NCBI GenBank assembly: GCA_030637655.1
Contig: DAOWGI010000002.1
Coordinates: 40,355 to 104,354, forward strand
Direction of reading: 5' to 3'
Origin: a candidate division FCPU426 bacterium
GTDB lineage: Bacteria > Oederibacteriota > JAAXVQ01 > JAUVAV01
DNA: 64,000 nucleotides
The notes below the pieces were generated by a model. That model did no database searches. It was not told where the DNA came from and saw nothing but the letters and a program-made list of their open reading frames with translations. Below are positions 31,732 through 41,212 of the stretch, piece after piece (position 1 is the first letter of the stretch; each line of letters begins with the position of its first letter). Made by a program: the position numbers and the translations under genes.

Positions 31732-32514
31732 ATGCAGGATGTGCAGAATCAAATGGATGATCGCAACATTGCGATTGATAAAGTCGGTATTCGGAATATT
31801 AAATATCCCATATCTGTTTTGGATAAAGCGCATAAAGTACAGCATACGGTAGCGGACATCAATTTATACGTGCACCTGCCTAAACATTTTCGCGGAACGC
31901 ATATGAGCCGTTTTGTGGAAGTGCTGAATGAACATAAGCGTGAAATTAATGTCGAAAACATCGACGCGATTTTAGATAATATTCGTCAAACCTTGAAATC
32001 CGAGGCAGCCTACTTAGAACTTTCATTCCCGTATTTTATAGAAAAAACCGCCCCAATATCCAAAGCGTCCAGCCTGATGGAATACACCTGCTCCATGATG
32101 GCCAGTCATCATCGCGATGGGGAAAAGGACTTTGTGTTAACCGTTCACGTGCCGGTGACAACACTTTGTCCCTGTTCCAAAGAAATCAGTGACCGTGGCG
32201 CGCATAATCAGCGTTCCCTGGTAACACTTTCTGTTCGGATAAACACCTTGGTTTGGATTGAAGAATTAATTACCTTGGTCGAAAACTGCGCGGTTTGTGA
32301 TTTGTACGCTTTGCTGAAGCGTGAAGACGAAAAGCACGTGACGGAACGTGCGTATGACAATCCGGCTTTTGTGGAAGATATTGTGCGGGAAATAGCCGGC
32401 AAACTCAAATTGGATGAACGCCTCACCTGGTTTACAGTGGAGTGTGAGAATATGGAAAGTATTCATAACCACAATGCGTATGCCTTGGTAGAGAGCGGAA
32501 ACGCCCAAAAATAA
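31732..32514 (+). CDS. folE2: GTP cyclohydrolase IB (FolE2)
   Basis: DKVGI, RGTHMSRF, TTLCPCSKEISDRGAHNQR, LLKREDEK, ESIHNHNAYA. Confidence 0.97.
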   Translation: MQDVQNQMDDRNIAIDKVGIRNIKYPISVLDKAHKVQHTVADINLYVHLPKHFRGTHMSRFVEVLNEHKREINVENIDAILDNIRQTLKSEAAYLELSFPYFIEKTAPISKASSLMEYTCSMMASHHRDGEKDFVLTVHVPVTTLCPCSKEISDRGAHNQRSLVTLSVRINTLVWIEELITLVENCAVCDLYALLKREDEKHVTERAYDNPAFVEDIVREIAGKLKLDERLTWFTVECENMESIHNHNAYALVESGNAQK

Positions 32515-32639
32515 ATCAAGGCAGGGGTTCGAAAATAAAAGCCGGGAATGAAAAAGCCTTTTTACGTTGCAGCAAACTATTGCTTAAGTTATAATTTATA
32601 AGAAGCGCGGGCGATTCGTCGCAAAAGGAGGGATATGAT

Positions 32640-33260
32640 ATGAGTTGGACCGGTGGCGATAAAATAAAAGAAATGAAATTTTTGGTGGATTTACAAAATC
32701 ATACCTACATCAGCGAGAAGAGCCATCAAGAAATTATTGATTTAGCACGATTGGCACCAGCCGGCTATGACAATTATCTCAAGGGCTGGGTCAAAGCTGA
32801 TGGAACCATCAAAGTGTGGGTTGAGAGTATTGAAGACATTGTGTTTCGGTATTGGGATCAGATCAAATTGGGGTTTAGTCTGTTGGTAAAAGAAAAAATC
32901 ACAAAAAAACAGGCCAAGACCTATGCCATCGTAAACCGCATTGAACGTTATGCCGGCGTGGTGAATAATTTTCTGGCCACGCGCAGCAAAAATAAATATT
33001 TTGAAGATCAACTGGGGTATGCCATTCAGTTTTATGGTCAACCCAAAATAGCGAAAAACAGTTCGGTTATGTTGTTAGTTAATTATAAGGCGGATAAAAA
33101 CCGCTATATTTTTGCCGGCACACGTGGGAAAGTGGTTGCCACGGCAGGATCACAAGCCAAGAAATTGAGGGTAAAATGGAGCGTTAGTCACAGCGGAATC
33201 ATGAAAAAACGCGGTGGGATTGAACTGCTGACGGATCGCCGGATATTGTCGTTGGTCTGA
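32640..33260 (+). CDS. Hypothetical basic protein
   Basis: AAGGAGG RBS, 206-aa ORF, no recognised motif. Confidence 0.7.
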   Translation: MSWTGGDKIKEMKFLVDLQNHTYISEKSHQEIIDLARLAPAGYDNYLKGWVKADGTIKVWVESIEDIVFRYWDQIKLGFSLLVKEKITKKQAKTYAIVNRIERYAGVVNNFLATRSKNKYFEDQLGYAIQFYGQPKIAKNSSVMLLVNYKADKNRYIFAGTRGKVVATAGSQAKKLRVKWSVSHSGIMKKRGGIELLTDRRILSLV

Positions 33261-33278
33261 TTATAGTGGAGGCGGTTC

Positions 33279-34040
33279 ATGCAGATTCTTCTTTGTTCTG
33301 ATCTAAGAGGAGAAATTGACAAATTGGAATCCCTGATTGAGCAGAGTAGAAATTTTGCTCTCAACGCGGTTTGCTTTTGTGGCAACATTGTGCGAGGTAG
33401 ATTGCGCTTGGATGAGTGGGCATCTGCCATTCATTCCGGTCGTGTGCCGAATAGGAACAAGCGCGACATTATGGAAGAAGCTTTGGAAGACCTGAAGCTG
33501 TATAAAAAATTTTGCCGGCTGCTGGATTCCCTGGGTATTCCGGTGTTGGTGATTCCCGGTAAATTGGATGCTCCGGAAGAACGTTATTTCATGTTTATGC
33601 AGCAAGTTGCCTTTCTCTCGGACAATATTATTTTATTACATGAAAATACGGTCAAAATGGAATCGTACCTTGTGACCGGATTTGGCGGTGAATTGACTGA
33701 GCATGAAAAAGAGGATTATTTTGTTCTGCAATATCCCCGGAACGAAACACTTTTTGGCACTCGTCGTATGCGCTATATCAATCCGCCGCGAATTTTATTG
33801 TTTCACACGCCGCCGATTATTCAGATGGATGAACTAGCCGGCGTTCAGAAGGGAAGCAGGCTGGTAAATGAAATAATCAATGCAGTTGCTCCTTCTTTTC
33901 TTTTTTGCGGACCTTCTTTTTCTGTGTCGCAAACTTATAAAATTGGCAGTACGGTTGTGATTAATCCGGGGTCCTTAGCTGACGGGCACTTTGCTGTAGT
34001 CAAAACCAAGAACCGGGAGGCGGAATTCCACACCATCTGA
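33279..34040 (+). CDS. Calcineurin-like (Icc-related) metallophosphoesterase-fold protein with degenerate metal ligands
   Basis: SDLRG, FCGNIV, IPGKLDAP, LFHTPP, VINPGSL..G.FAVV. Confidence 0.8.
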   Translation: MQILLCSDLRGEIDKLESLIEQSRNFALNAVCFCGNIVRGRLRLDEWASAIHSGRVPNRNKRDIMEEALEDLKLYKKFCRLLDSLGIPVLVIPGKLDAPEERYFMFMQQVAFLSDNIILLHENTVKMESYLVTGFGGELTEHEKEDYFVLQYPRNETLFGTRRMRYINPPRILLFHTPPIIQMDELAGVQKGSRLVNEIINAVAPSFLFCGPSFSVSQTYKIGSTVVINPGSLADGHFAVVKTKNREAEFHTI

Positions 34041-34070
34041 TTTTCGGGAAAGGTTGAATACATTACAACA

Positions 34071-34098
34071 GCAGGGGCACAGCGCGCTGTGCCCCTGC
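34071..34098. repeat. REP-like perfect palindrome (GCAG variant)
   Basis: gcaggggcacagcgcgctgtgcccctgc. Confidence 0.8.
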
Positions 34099-34108
34099 AA
34101 TTTAACTT

Positions 34109-34267
34109 GTAATTCACTAACCCGGACAAAGCCGGAACCAAAAAATCTTTGACAGGATTAACAGGATGCACAGGATTTTATAAAAAAATCATGCCAATCC
34201 TGTTATCCTGTTAAAAGAATTTCTTTGCGTCTTCTTGTGCCCGTTTTTTGGGTATGCGGTGAATAAT
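34109..34267. repeat. Composite miniature repeat
   Basis: ctaacccggacaaagccggaaccaaaa (its reverse complement occurs inside the family B MITEs), followed by the palindrome gacaggattaacaggat...atcctgttatcctgtt. Confidence 0.6.
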
Positions 34268-34365
34268 TTTCTTGCCAAAAAAGCAAGAATTTAAGACGTA
34301 AGTTACTACAGCTTGCTGAAGGTTTTTTTAAAAATAATTCAAAATTAATTGAGGTTGTCTGGCGC

Positions 34366-35685
34366 ATGAAATATATTCATTTATTAGGTTTACTTGGTTT
34401 TCTGGTTACAGGTTGTGCCTCAACGCCGCCCATACTAAAATTACAGGCTGGGGATGGTGTGCCGTTGACCCAGGAGTTATTGGACAGTGCCCAGGAAGAG
34501 ATTATCCTTGCCACCCAGAGCTATGCTGCCGGGGATCTGGCCGGCGCAGAGCAAGCTGTGGTAAGAGCTGCCCGCATCTTGTATGCGGCTGAATCACCGA
34601 GTAACGGGATGGGTAAACGGTATGCGGATCTAACCTCGACGCTGAGTTTGCTGACCGTACGCCTAAATCGCATGTTGCACGAGAGAGCGCCGGAATTGGA
34701 ACCGGAAAAATTCACTATGCCGATTCCGCACAATCCGCGTATTGAGCGCTGGATTGATTATTATCTCTCGCGCGGCCGGGTAGGGTTCGCGCGCTGGCTG
34801 CGGCGTTCCGGCCGCTATGTTCCGATCCTGGAGGAATTATTTGTTCAGGAAGGATTGCCTGGTGATCTGGTGTATCTGGCATTGGTGGAATCCGGTTTTA
34901 ATCCACGGAACCGGTCTTCCAAGCATGCTGTTGGTCTTTTTCAGTTTATAAAAGGGACCGCGGAATTGGTTGGTTTAAAGGAAAATTTTTGGATGGATGA
35001 ACGGCGTCATCCGGAAAAAGCAGCTTTAGCTGCAATTCGTCATTTGAAATCATTGTACCGGGAATTTGATAAGGATTGGGATTTGGCTTTGGCTGCCTAC
35101 AATGCCGGTTCGGGCAGAGTTGGCAGAGCCATTCGCGCGCAAAAAGTGAAGGATTATTGGAAGTTGGCTTTGCCGCCGGAAACCGAGGCCTATGTCCCGA
35201 AATTTTACGCCACCTTGATTATTGCCCGTGAGCCGGATCTGTATGGTTTTAATTTAAACTATGAAGAGGAAGAGAATGTCGAAGTGGTGGAGATTCCCGG
35301 TGGAGTGGATTTTCAAGTTATTGCCGATGCTGTTGGAGTGACACTTACGGTAGTCAAAGATTTGAATACCGAATTAACCAAAGGGTGCACTCCTCCCGGC
35401 GAGGAACCCTATGGTGTACGCTTGCCCAAGGGATCCGGGGAGAAATTCAATACTGCGTTTGCTTTACTGCCAAAGGAAGCGAAACTTTTAAGTGAAGAAG
35501 AATTGGGCAGGCGTAAATACAAGGGTGTGTATGTGGTCTATAAGATAAAACCCGGAGATTCCTTGTATACCATTGCCAAGAAACACCATACCACAGTGGC
35601 AAAAATACGTCGCTGGAATTCAAGTGTGCGTAATAGTAAATATATCCACTCAGGTAAAAAGCTGCGTATTTATCGTACCCGATGA
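34366..35685 (+). CDS. MltD-like lytic transglycosylase lipoprotein with LysM
   Basis: Lipobox VTGC; LVESGFN, AVGLFQF, ALAAYNAG, ETEAYVPKF; C-terminal LysM IKPGDSLYTIAKKH. Confidence 0.93.
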   Translation: MKYIHLLGLLGFLVTGCASTPPILKLQAGDGVPLTQELLDSAQEEIILATQSYAAGDLAGAEQAVVRAARILYAAESPSNGMGKRYADLTSTLSLLTVRLNRMLHERAPELEPEKFTMPIPHNPRIERWIDYYLSRGRVGFARWLRRSGRYVPILEELFVQEGLPGDLVYLALVESGFNPRNRSSKHAVGLFQFIKGTAELVGLKENFWMDERRHPEKAALAAIRHLKSLYREFDKDWDLALAAYNAGSGRVGRAIRAQKVKDYWKLALPPETEAYVPKFYATLIIAREPDLYGFNLNYEEEENVEVVEIPGGVDFQVIADAVGVTLTVVKDLNTELTKGCTPPGEEPYGVRLPKGSGEKFNTAFALLPKEAKLLSEEELGRRKYKGVYVVYKIKPGDSLYTIAKKHHTTVAKIRRWNSSVRNSKYIHSGKKLRIYRTR

Positions 35686-35703
35686 TCTGAATATCTGAAT
35701 AAT

Positions 35704-35755
35704 GGTAGAGACGCACTATAGTGCGTCTCTACCTGAAAGTGCGTCTCTACCTGAA
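35704..35755. repeat. GTAG REP-like palindrome plus an 18-bp tandem duplication of its right arm
   Basis: ggtagagacgcactatagtgcgtctctacc; agtgcgtctctacctgaa at 35720-35737 and 35738-35755. Confidence 0.85.
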
Positions 35756-35768
35756 GGAAATTAGGGAA

Positions 35769-37472
35769 ATGAAAACCATTAGAATTGCTTTGGCACAAAT
35801 CAATCCGGTGATGGGGGATTTCCAGGGAAATATCCGAAAAGTAATAGCTCAAGTGGAGGCTGTTAAAGCCGCCGGGCTGGATTTTGTGGTTTTTCCGGAA
35901 ATGGTGCTTTGCGGTTATCCGCCGGAAGATCTATTGCATCGTCAGGGGTTTGTCGCGGAAACCGAAGCTGCGCTGGATCAAGTGGCATACTCAACCAAAC
36001 ACATGACTGCTGTGGTGGGGTATGCGTATCAGCAGGAAGATAAGGTCTACAACGCAGCAGCGCTGCTGCATGATGCTGAAAATGTTGCTGTGTATAACAA
36101 AATAGAGCTCCCTAATTATGGGGTGTTCGATGAGAAACGCTATTTTTCTCCGGGGACAAAACCGCTGATTTTTGTATATGCGGGAGTGCGGATGGCTGTA
36201 ACCATTTGTGAGGACATCTGGATTGAAGAGGGACAGGTACAATATTTTCTCAGGGAACAACAGGTGGATGTTATTCTCAATTTGTCGGCTTCGCCGTTTC
36301 ATGCCGGGAAAATCGAGCAACGTATTCAACGTTTAACTCAAACGGCCAAAAAAACCAAGGCCTATGTCTGCTATGTAAATTTGGTAGGTGGACAGGATGA
36401 ATTGGTCTTTGATGGCGGCAGTATGGCGCTTACGCCAACCGGAGAAATTCTGGCCGCTGGCGCGCGTTTTCAAGAAACCTTACTGGTGACTGAGATTCAA
36501 CTGGCAGCACCCAAGACCCATTCGCAGTTTCCGGCTGCTGTGGTGATTTCCTCCGAATCTAAATCAGAACTTCCGGAAAAGATCGTCTGTAATCCGAAGT
36601 TGCCGCAACTTTCCCGGCTGGAAGAAGTATATGCCGCGCTGATCATGGGAACCCGTGATTATGTGCATAAAAATGGGTTCTCAAAAGTGGTGCTTGGTTT
36701 AAGCGGTGGGATTGATTCCGCCCTGGTAGCAGCTCTGGCAGTAACAGCCCTGGGCGCGGAGAATGTGATTGCAGTCACCATGCCTTCGGAAATAAGCTCT
36801 GCGGAAACGCGAGCAGATGCCGAGTTGCAAGCAAAGCAGCTGGGTATTCGTTTTATGACTATACCGATCAACCCCATGCTCGCGGCCTTTGTAGAAAGTT
36901 TGCAAGACGCCTTTGGTCCGGGCGAGCCGGGTATTGAACATGAAAATTTGCAAGCTCGGATACGTGGGAATATTCTAATGGCGCTTTCCAATCGATTTGG
37001 CTGGTTGGTGCTTACTACCGGGAACAAAAGTGAAACAGCGGTAGGGTACTGTACACTATATGGGGATATGGCCGGAGGGTTTGCGGTTATTAAAGATGTA
37101 CCCAAGACCCTGGTTTACGCACTGGCGGATTTCATAAATGCAAAAGCGCCGGGTAAGCGCATTGTGCAAAGTATTATTGACCGGCCGCCGACAGCGGAAT
37201 TGAGACCCAACCAAAAAGACCAAGATAGTCTGCCGCCGTACGCGCAATTGGATGAGATTATCAAAGCCTATGTGGAAGAGGATCGAGATCCGAGCGAGAT
37301 AAAGAAAATGGGTTTTGCTCTTGAGATAATCTCCCAGAGCGTCCGGCTGGTGGATCGGAGTGAATATAAACGCCGGCAAGCGCCTCCGGGTGTGAAGATT
37401 ACACCCAAGGCATTTGGGCGTGACCGGCGTCTTCCATTGACCAACCGCTATCAATCCGGGTTTTCAAAATAA
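35769..37472 (+). CDS. nadE: Glutamine-dependent NAD+ synthetase
   Basis: Nitrilase domain (FPE..LCGYPPEDL, LPNYGVFDEKRYF, ICEDIW) plus LGLSGGIDSA, ENLQARIRG, TGNKSE, EYKRRQAPPG. Confidence 0.97.
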   Translation: MKTIRIALAQINPVMGDFQGNIRKVIAQVEAVKAAGLDFVVFPEMVLCGYPPEDLLHRQGFVAETEAALDQVAYSTKHMTAVVGYAYQQEDKVYNAAALLHDAENVAVYNKIELPNYGVFDEKRYFSPGTKPLIFVYAGVRMAVTICEDIWIEEGQVQYFLREQQVDVILNLSASPFHAGKIEQRIQRLTQTAKKTKAYVCYVNLVGGQDELVFDGGSMALTPTGEILAAGARFQETLLVTEIQLAAPKTHSQFPAAVVISSESKSELPEKIVCNPKLPQLSRLEEVYAALIMGTRDYVHKNGFSKVVLGLSGGIDSALVAALAVTALGAENVIAVTMPSEISSAETRADAELQAKQLGIRFMTIPINPMLAAFVESLQDAFGPGEPGIEHENLQARIRGNILMALSNRFGWLVLTTGNKSETAVGYCTLYGDMAGGFAVIKDVPKTLVYALADFINAKAPGKRIVQSIIDRPPTAELRPNQKDQDSLPPYAQLDEIIKAYVEEDRDPSEIKKMGFALEIISQSVRLVDRSEYKRRQAPPGVKITPKAFGRDRRLPLTNRYQSGFSK

Positions 37473-37475
37473 CCC

Positions 37476-37504
37476 GTAGAGACGTTGCATTGCAACGTCT
37501 CTAC
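37476..37504. repeat. GTAG REP-like palindrome
   Basis: gtagagacgttgcattgcaacgtctctac right after the nadE stop. Confidence 0.88.
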
Positions 37505-37531
37505 AATAAATAATCAACGAAAACAAAAGGA

Positions 37532-38497
37532 ATGTTCGTGCTGACTATTGGTGCCCAAAAAATAACTCCCCCTTTGCTACTGGCCCCCATGATGGACATT
37601 ACCGGATTTGCGTTTCGTAACCTGATTCGTCAATACGGCGGTTGCGGCCTGTTATATTCTGAAATGCTTAGCAGTCGGCGTGTTCCCAAAGAGACGGATC
37701 ATTCACCTATTTTCAAGGGTTTTGCAACAGAAGATCATTTGATGCTGCAGCTTTTGGGAAATGATCCGAAATGTTTAAGTGAATCCATAAAACGTCTGGA
37801 AGCCTTTAATCCCTTTGGTTTTGATTTGAACATGGGTTGTTCACGCGTGCCCATCATGCGGCAGGGGTGGGGAGCAGCCCTGCTTTCTGATGTCAAGCGC
37901 GCCGCCCAGGTAGTAGCAGCCATGCGCAAGACGACGGAAAAACCCCTGACAGTAAAATTACGCATAGCCTGGCAGGAGCAAACAGAGTCTGAAACATTTT
38001 TGCGCATGTTGGAAAATGAAGGAGTGGATGCAGTGATTGTGCATGCCCGCACACCGGAAAAAATATTTACCCGTCCTGCCAAGTGGGGATGGATTAGCGA
38101 GGTAAAAGCCAAGCTGAATATTCCTGTGATTGGAAATGGAGATGTGTTTACCGCCCAACAAGGCCTGGAAATGCTTGAACAAACACAGTGCGATGCGATT
38201 ATGCTCGGCCGGGGAGCAATTGCCCGCCCCACACTCTTTCGGGAGATCATGGCTCTGCTGGAAAAAAAGCCTTTGCCGCCTGCACCCGGCAAACTGGAAA
38301 TATTTAATACATTTGTGAAAGAACTTGGAGAATCCATACATAGCAGAAAACGTACAGCAGAACTGAAGACCTTTTGCGAGTATTTTGCCCAAGGCTTGCC
38401 GGTACCGCACTGGTTTTGGGGTCCTATACAAGGAAAACAGGACGCTGGGGAAATTGTCGAGCAGGGAAGAAGTTTTTTGGAACGCAATCAATTATGA
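37532..38497 (+). CDS. tRNA-dihydrouridine synthase family protein
   Basis: LLAPM, DLNMGC, TVKLR, VHART, PVIGNGDV, MLGRG. Confidence 0.92.
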   Translation: MFVLTIGAQKITPPLLLAPMMDITGFAFRNLIRQYGGCGLLYSEMLSSRRVPKETDHSPIFKGFATEDHLMLQLLGNDPKCLSESIKRLEAFNPFGFDLNMGCSRVPIMRQGWGAALLSDVKRAAQVVAAMRKTTEKPLTVKLRIAWQEQTESETFLRMLENEGVDAVIVHARTPEKIFTRPAKWGWISEVKAKLNIPVIGNGDVFTAQQGLEMLEQTQCDAIMLGRGAIARPTLFREIMALLEKKPLPPAPGKLEIFNTFVKELGESIHSRKRTAELKTFCEYFAQGLPVPHWFWGPIQGKQDAGEIVEQGRSFLERNQL

Positions 38498-38579
38498 GGA
38501 GTCAAAGCTTTGACTCCTTTATGGCCCACAACCATCCCACAGGTGACGTATTACCGCGCCAAGGCGTTTTTTTAGGAAT

Positions 38580-38702
38580 GTAGGGGCGCACTGAGTGCGC
38601 CCTTTAATATCGTAGGGGCAGGTTCCAAACCTGCCCTTTACGGTAATTGATAGGAGAAAGGCGATAGGAGATTATGTGTAGGGGCGACCCTTGCGGTCGC
38701 CC
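38580..38702. repeat. Cluster of three GTAG REP-like units between convergent genes
   Basis: gtaggggcgcactgagtgcgccc (38580), gtaggggcaggttccaaacctgccc (38612), gtaggggcgacccttgcggtcgccc (38678). Confidence 0.88.
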
Positions 38703-38706
38703 GAAA

Positions 38707-39732
38707 TTATTTTCCGTTTTTATTTTGGTGGTTATACCCGAGCAGCAGAATGCGCTGCATGAGTTGGGAATACGGAATTTTACCTTTGATGGCAGATTGG
38801 GCCAGTTCATCTTCCCGGTTCAAAGCCGGATTAGGATTTACTTCAATCACATAAATTTCATTCTCCGGTGTGATCCGCAAATCCAAACGACCATAACCTT
38901 TTAAATTTAAAGCCCGAAACGCCGTGCGGCTGATATGAGAGATTTTTTTCTCCAGGCCATTGGGCAGGGGAGCGGCAAAAGTATTTTGAATACCCCACTT
39001 TTTACGGAAGCCTTCATCCCACTTGGCTTTGAAGGAGGCAAATTTGGGTTTCTCTTCCGGGAATTCGGTCCAGATCATCTCGCGTAGAGGCAGAACACGC
39101 AAACGCTGATTTCCAATCACACTGGCATACAGCTCCCGGCCTTCTATATATTCTTCCACCAGAGCATCGGTACGCATGTTTTCATGCAAAAACTTAACTC
39201 GCTCCAGGCAGGCGTTGGTATTTTCCGCGAAAGAATGCTCGGCAATGCCTTCGGATCCTTCCTGGCCGAGAGGCTTTACGAAAACCGGAAATTTCAAGTT
39301 TTTCAGACTGCGATTTAATTTGCCTGGTGGAAATACCACAGAACGAGGAACCTTGATACGGTGGGGCGCTAAAATCCGCTTGGCGAACAATTTGTTGCGG
39401 CAAATGCTCAAAGTCGCGGCATCCGAACCAGTATAGCGTACATTCAACATTTCCAGCAAACCGGCCACATTACTCTCGTGTTTGCGGTCATTATTAAAAA
39501 CTTCCAATAGATTAAAAACAATATCCGGCGGATGCCGGCGGATTTCTGTGATTAATGGCCGGATGCGGTCGTGGATACCAAGCAAGCGGACCTCATGGCC
39601 GGCTTTTTTTACGGCCTTGATTATTTCCTGATCATTCTTCCAATCTTCCGGCCGGAAATGTTCGGCCCAATCCGAACTGGTAGGGCGTTCCGGTACATCG
39701 AAAATTATGAGAACCTTGAGTTTTTGTTTCAT
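38707..39732 (-). CDS. D-Ala-D-Ala ligase-like ATP-grasp protein
   Basis: VFNLLE, YTGSD, FVKP..EGSEGI, VEEYIEGRE, YGRLDLR, IEVNPNP. Confidence 0.9.
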   Translation of the reverse strand: MKQKLKVLIIFDVPERPTSSDWAEHFRPEDWKNDQEIIKAVKKAGHEVRLLGIHDRIRPLITEIRRHPPDIVFNLLEVFNNDRKHESNVAGLLEMLNVRYTGSDAATLSICRNKLFAKRILAPHRIKVPRSVVFPPGKLNRSLKNLKFPVFVKPLGQEGSEGIAEHSFAENTNACLERVKFLHENMRTDALVEEYIEGRELYASVIGNQRLRVLPLREMIWTEFPEEKPKFASFKAKWDEGFRKKWGIQNTFAAPLPNGLEKKISHISRTAFRALNLKGYGRLDLRITPENEIYVIEVNPNPALNREDELAQSAIKGKIPYSQLMQRILLLGYNHQNKNGK

Positions 39733-40763
39733 GCATGTACCTTGAATTTGCCGGTGAATAGATAATTGGAGACCAGTGCAGTTAAATACGCGGTAATCTC
39801 TATCCCGGTTTTTATCTCATCCGGATCCACAAACAATTTGAGTTCATCACAACGTATGGCCAATTTTTTTATCAGACGATTTACTGTGAATTTGCGCCCG
39901 CGCGTCCAGAAGGGGATGACTCCCAAATACAAGGTGCGGTGCTGCCGTAAAAAGCGCGAAGCTTTCAGGCCTTGATGTCCGGTGGCATCTGCCGGGATGA
40001 AGATGCGGCGTAAATCCGAATCAAATAGGGCAGGATCATCTTCAGAATAAAATTTGCGCCGTTGTTCGTAGTGGGTCTTCAAACGCCGTTTTAAGCGGTT
40101 AACAGCACAGGGTTTGTCAATACTAGTTTGGTTGGGAGATTTGTTTTTTAAGTCCTGGATAAGTTTATCAACATACTTCAATTTTTTTAGGGCCGGCCAA
40201 CCCTGATATTGTTTCTTCCAATCCAGGTCCGGTGTGAGACGGACCGCGAAGGTCTCGGCAAAATCTTCTTCCGGATGACTCTGGGCATACCAGTTTTCCA
40301 GATGCCGGACATAACTGCGGCTGTATGGTTGATAGTGGTAATAATCATCAAACTCTTCGGATGGAGAACCAAAGACCGCCTGCCAGAGCCGGCGGCGCGG
40401 CAGACGGAAGGCATGACAGAGCGCGTGTCCAGCCTCGTGGCGTAAGAGTTTCATACACTCTTCTTCTGAATCGCCTTCTACTTCCAGCATGATTTTTTTT
40501 TCCAAATGTTTTAATTTCGGATGGGCCAAATAAAAGGGAATAGAGATAGCCGGACTTTTGTCCGGGGAAAACCATTCGTCTCCCAGATAACAAGGAGGTT
40601 TAAATTGGAGACCGCAGGTTTCGAGCTCTGTATAGAGTTGAGAAACGCATTTTTCCAGATAGGTGTTGGAAATGGAGAGCTTGAGATCGCACATGCGATA
40701 GTTCAGCAGTTCATCGTCCGGAAGATCTGCCCATTTTTCCTGCATATTTTGGGCCTGACTCAT
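39729..40763 (-). CDS. Putative zinc-binding metallopeptidase
   Basis: DEWFSPD, IPFYLAHP, RHEAGHA (HExxH), WYAQSHPEEDFAETF; 4-bp overlap with the ATP-grasp gene. Confidence 0.85.
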   Translation of the reverse strand: MSQAQNMQEKWADLPDDELLNYRMCDLKLSISNTYLEKCVSQLYTELETCGLQFKPPCYLGDEWFSPDKSPAISIPFYLAHPKLKHLEKKIMLEVEGDSEEECMKLLRHEAGHALCHAFRLPRRRLWQAVFGSPSEEFDDYYHYQPYSRSYVRHLENWYAQSHPEEDFAETFAVRLTPDLDWKKQYQGWPALKKLKYVDKLIQDLKNKSPNQTSIDKPCAVNRLKRRLKTHYEQRRKFYSEDDPALFDSDLRRIFIPADATGHQGLKASRFLRQHRTLYLGVIPFWTRGRKFTVNRLIKKLAIRCDELKLFVDPDEIKTGIEITAYLTALVSNYLFTGKFKVHA

Positions 40764-40846
40764 TGTCACCCCCAATGGGTTGTATACCTGGCCTTGGTAT
40801 TAAAATACCGGAAAATAGGGTGAATTACCAGATAAATCTTATTAAA

Positions 40847-41108
40847 GGCAGATTGTAACTCATATTGCAACATTACCTGATTGCTACACAAACAGGCAAA
40901 TAGTTACTTTATCCCTAAAAGATCCACCACCAAGGCACAAAGGCACAAAGGTTCACTAAGCAGCATAATGATTAATAATTAAGGTCTATCTTAGGCTTTC
41001 CTTTGTGTATCTTAGTGTCCTTTGTGCCTTGGTGGTGGATCTTTTTCTTTAAGTCTTTATAGTTCAATAATAAATGATAAAATGTTGCACTTGTGATTAC
41101 AATTCACC
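40847..41108. mobile_element. Non-autonomous MITE, family A copy 2
   Basis: Near-identical to 8228-8490; flanked by a 14-bp direct repeat taaatcttattaaa (40833-40846, 41111-41124). Confidence 0.88.
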
Positions 41109-41212
41109 TTTAAATCTTATTAAATCAAAAAATAGCACACCCCCCTTCGGGGCACAAGCAATGATTTTTTAGCGGGTTTTGCAGCGGAAGCACAAGCTAA
41201 GACCGTCTCTGT

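Noticed and set aside
32521-32562. ggttcgaa T-loop-like sequence after folE2
   Set aside because: No cloverleaf or acceptor stem; not a tRNA.
35721-35768. Extended nadE N-terminus in the ORF track
   Set aside because: Derived from the REP-arm duplication; the family-typical start MKTIRIALAQ is at 35769.
37735-38491. 250-aa and 177-aa minus-strand ORFs
   Set aside because: Antisense to the well-supported Dus gene.
38580-38702. CRISPR-like spacing of repeated units
   Set aside because: The units differ in sequence, spacing is irregular and there are no cas genes; this is a REP cluster.
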